A stretch of DNA of 64,000 nucleotides from Candidatus Nanoarchaeia archaeon (lineage in GTDB: Archaea > Nanobdellota > Nanobdellia > Pacearchaeales > GW2011-AR1). Made by a program: the position numbers and the translations under genes. Location: positions 1,523 through 65,522 of the forward strand of contig JAQTOY010000001.1 of assembly GCA_028713045.1 (NCBI GenBank). The letters are read 5' to 3'. A model generated the notes under the pieces. That model saw nothing but the letters and a program-made list of their open reading frames with translations, made no database searches and was not told the DNA's origin. Below, in pieces: positions 61,970-64,000 of this stretch (positions are counted from its first letter, which is position 1; the number at the start of each line of letters is the position of its first letter).

Positions 61970-62692
61970 ATGAAACTTGGTGTAAAAACTTATGATGATG
62001 GAAATTTCCTTAAGGCATTTGAAAATTCCGCAGATTTTTTTGAGGTTCAGGCAGTCCAAAAAAATAACTACGATTTTTTAAAAAAAGTTTCAAGGCCCAT
62101 TGTAATTCATGCCGAACATTTTTCTCTTGGAGCTAATCCTGCGGATAAAACCCTTTTTGAAAAAAATTTGAAATCTGCTAATTTTGCAATTGAATTAGCG
62201 AATCAGACAAATGCAAAAAAAATCATCCTCCACCCTGGAAACTTAATAAATAAGGACTGTTCTGAAGAACAAGCAGTCCATTTTTTTAAATTCCTGAATG
62301 ATAAAAGGATAATAATTGAAAACTTATCTGGAAACAAAGGATTATGTTTAATTCCTAAGGAGACAAAAGAATTTTTGAAGTCAATAAATAAGAATCTTTG
62401 CTTTGATGTTAGCCACTGCATAGCCTCTTCAAATATTTTAGGGATTGATTATAAAAAAACTTTAAAAGAATATCTAAGATTAAATCCTATCCATTTTCAT
62501 ATTAGCGGCCAAGATGTAAATTTGAAGTTTGATAATCATTTCTCTTTTTTTGATAAAAATTCAAATATTTCCATTAAAGAAATATTAAGTTTGTTTCCGA
62601 AAGATGCAGAAATAACCTTGGAAGTTACAACCGATATTGAGAAGACAAAGAAAGATTTAGAATTTATTAGAGAGATAATAAAAGAGCTATGA
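61970..62692 (+). CDS. xylose-isomerase-like TIM-barrel protein (sugar phosphate isomerase/epimerase or AP-endonuclease-2 family)
   Basis: Pattern of His/Glu/Asp metal ligands (IVIHAEHF...ILHPGN...FDVSHC...). Confidence 0.5.
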   Translation: MKLGVKTYDDGNFLKAFENSADFFEVQAVQKNNYDFLKKVSRPIVIHAEHFSLGANPADKTLFEKNLKSANFAIELANQTNAKKIILHPGNLINKDCSEEQAVHFFKFLNDKRIIIENLSGNKGLCLIPKETKEFLKSINKNLCFDVSHCIASSNILGIDYKKTLKEYLRLNPIHFHISGQDVNLKFDNHFSFFDKNSNISIKEILSLFPKDAEITLEVTTDIEKTKKDLEFIREIIKEL

Positions 62693-62700
62693 TTATTTTA

Positions 62701-62895
62701 TTAATCATCAATACTTTTATCTGCTAGCTGTTCCAATTGATTACAATCTCCCAAATATCCAAGTTCTAAGTTTCTTTCAAAATAATCTCGCTCTTCAAAT
62801 ACTCTCTGTAGATCAAAATCTTCTGGATAAAATCTATCACTTTCTGGGATAATTTCATCAGGCGGTTCTCTATAGTCTAAATATTCATTATTCAT
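62701..62895 (-). CDS. small acidic hypothetical protein
   Basis: 64-aa ORF. Confidence 0.2.
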   Translation of the reverse strand: MNNEYLDYREPPDEIIPESDRFYPEDFDLQRVFEERDYFERNLELGYLGDCNQLEQLADKSIDD

Positions 62896-62950
62896 TAAAC
62901 TTGAATTAATAAAATGTTTAAAAGAATAATTAAGATAAGAAATATACTTT

Positions 62951-64000
62951 TCACCTAGTTATAATTTCTAATCCATCTCTGTGTTTTAATTTATACTCTT
63001 TTCCAACAACCATTTTGGTTTTTGCATTAACTGCTCTTATGAAATTCTTTCCTAAGTCAGTATGGATTGCAAATGCAAAATCAAGCGCAGTTGAGCCGTC
63101 TGGTAATAAAAAACAATCTGGGAGAATATTTCCCTTTGAATCTGCAAGCTTATGGGCTCCGGCTGGAAAAATAGCTATGTATTTTAACAGATCAAAAACA
63201 ACCTTGTTAAGAACTTCCTGTATTCCAGTGCTTCCGTATACATCTAGAACATTTTCTTTTATTGAGTTTAGGGCCTCTTTTTGCTTTTCAGAAAGTTCTT
63301 TTAAAAATTTAAAATGATTTTCTCCAGGAACATATTCAATAAGTCCGGCATTATTGGCTAGTCTTAAGGATAATTCAGAATCTGCTGAACAGGGAACTAT
63401 CATAATTTCCGGATAGGCTTTTTTTAAATTTTTTAAATTTTCAGGAGCATCTGGCCTATCGCATTTGTTTGCAGCAATTATCATTGGTTTTGTCAGATGT
63501 CTTAGTTCGTGTGCAAAATTCCTTAAATCATTATCTGTCCATTCAGATGGTTTTTCAATATTATAGTTTCCTTTAATCAAAATCTTTTTTACGTCATCTT
63601 CTTTTACTTTTAGTCCTGAAAATTGAGTTGTTATTGCTTTATGAAGTTCTTGTTTTGTATTTTGAACAAGTCTTGCAAATCCTTTCCAGACTTTGTTTAA
63701 GATTCCAAGATACCATAAATCAAGTTCGTTTTCCAGCATTTTGACGTCATTTACTGGATTATATCCTTTAGCCTCTTTACCTCCTGCATCGGTCTCTCCG
63801 CTTATATCAACAATATGAATCAAAGCGTCTGCAGAAGTCAGATCACTTAAGAATTCATTTCCTAATCCCTTTCCTTCTGAAGCTCCTTCAACTAATCCTG
63901 CAACGTCCAGCAAATCAATTGGAACAAATCTTTTTCCATTGATACAATAGCCTTTATGAGGATTGCATTTTACATTGAATTCCTTGTCAATGCAATCAAT
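62951..64000 (-). CDS. Obg/YchF-family GTPase with C-terminal TGS domain (5' end beyond window)
   Basis: G3/G4 region DVAGLVEGASEGKGLGNEFL...NKCD and C-terminal TGS-like RAVNAKTKMVVGKEYKLKHRDGLEIITR; the reading frame stays open to the window edge, and the track start at 63913 is a TTG. Confidence 0.65.
   Translation of the reverse strand: MDCIDKEFNVKCNPHKGYCINGKRFVPIDLLDVAGLVEGASEGKGLGNEFLSDLTSADALIHIVDISGETDAGGKEAKGYNPVNDVKMLENELDLWYLGILNKVWKGFARLVQNTKQELHKAITTQFSGLKVKEDDVKKILIKGNYNIEKPSEWTDNDLRNFAHELRHLTKPMIIAANKCDRPDAPENLKNLKKAYPEIMIVPCSADSELSLRLANNAGLIEYVPGENHFKFLKELSEKQKEALNSIKENVLDVYGSTGIQEVLNKVVFDLLKYIAIFPAGAHKLADSKGNILPDCFLLPDGSTALDFAFAIHTDLGKNFIRAVNAKTKMVVGKEYKLKHRDGLEIITR

Overview
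Low-GC (~30%) archaeal chromosomal segment, most likely from a DPANN-type archaeon. The archaeal call rests on MCM helicase, TBP, ATP-dependent DNA ligase, ribosomal proteins L15e/L7Ae/S28e/L24e, aIF2-beta, aIF-1A, CDP-archaeol synthase, archaeal-type AspRS and a tRNA-Ile carrying a canonical 37/38 intron. Mixed in are bacterial-type genes: groES-groEL, a long adenylate kinase with a zinc lid, PPDK and an EEP phosphoesterase. Most of the window is housekeeping (replication, translation, tRNA modification by Taw3/Trm5/Kae1/Nop2, GatCA, FtsZ, proteasome beta). The most unusual region is a compositionally foreign 3-gene island (14640-18087), flanked by strong hairpins and adjacent to a GC-richer proteasome gene. 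It holds a Cys-rich protein with a CxYCY radical-SAM-like remnant, an HhH-GPD/Fe-S DNA-glycosylase-like protein, and a PD-(D/E)xK plus Cys/His nuclease-like gene broken by an in-frame TAA. This looks like an uncharacterized DNA modification, repair or defence module. Other notable items are an unknown gene wedged inside the groES-groEL operon, an MTAP-APRT fusion, a radical SAM/SPASM enzyme with an N-terminal extension, a lipid head-group locus with a candidate AIP phosphatase, a membrane-anchored diadenylate cyclase, a stand-alone AEP primase-polymerase, and a duplicated tRNA-Ile 3' end suggesting an integration scar. No CRISPR array, rRNA or obvious transposase was seen.
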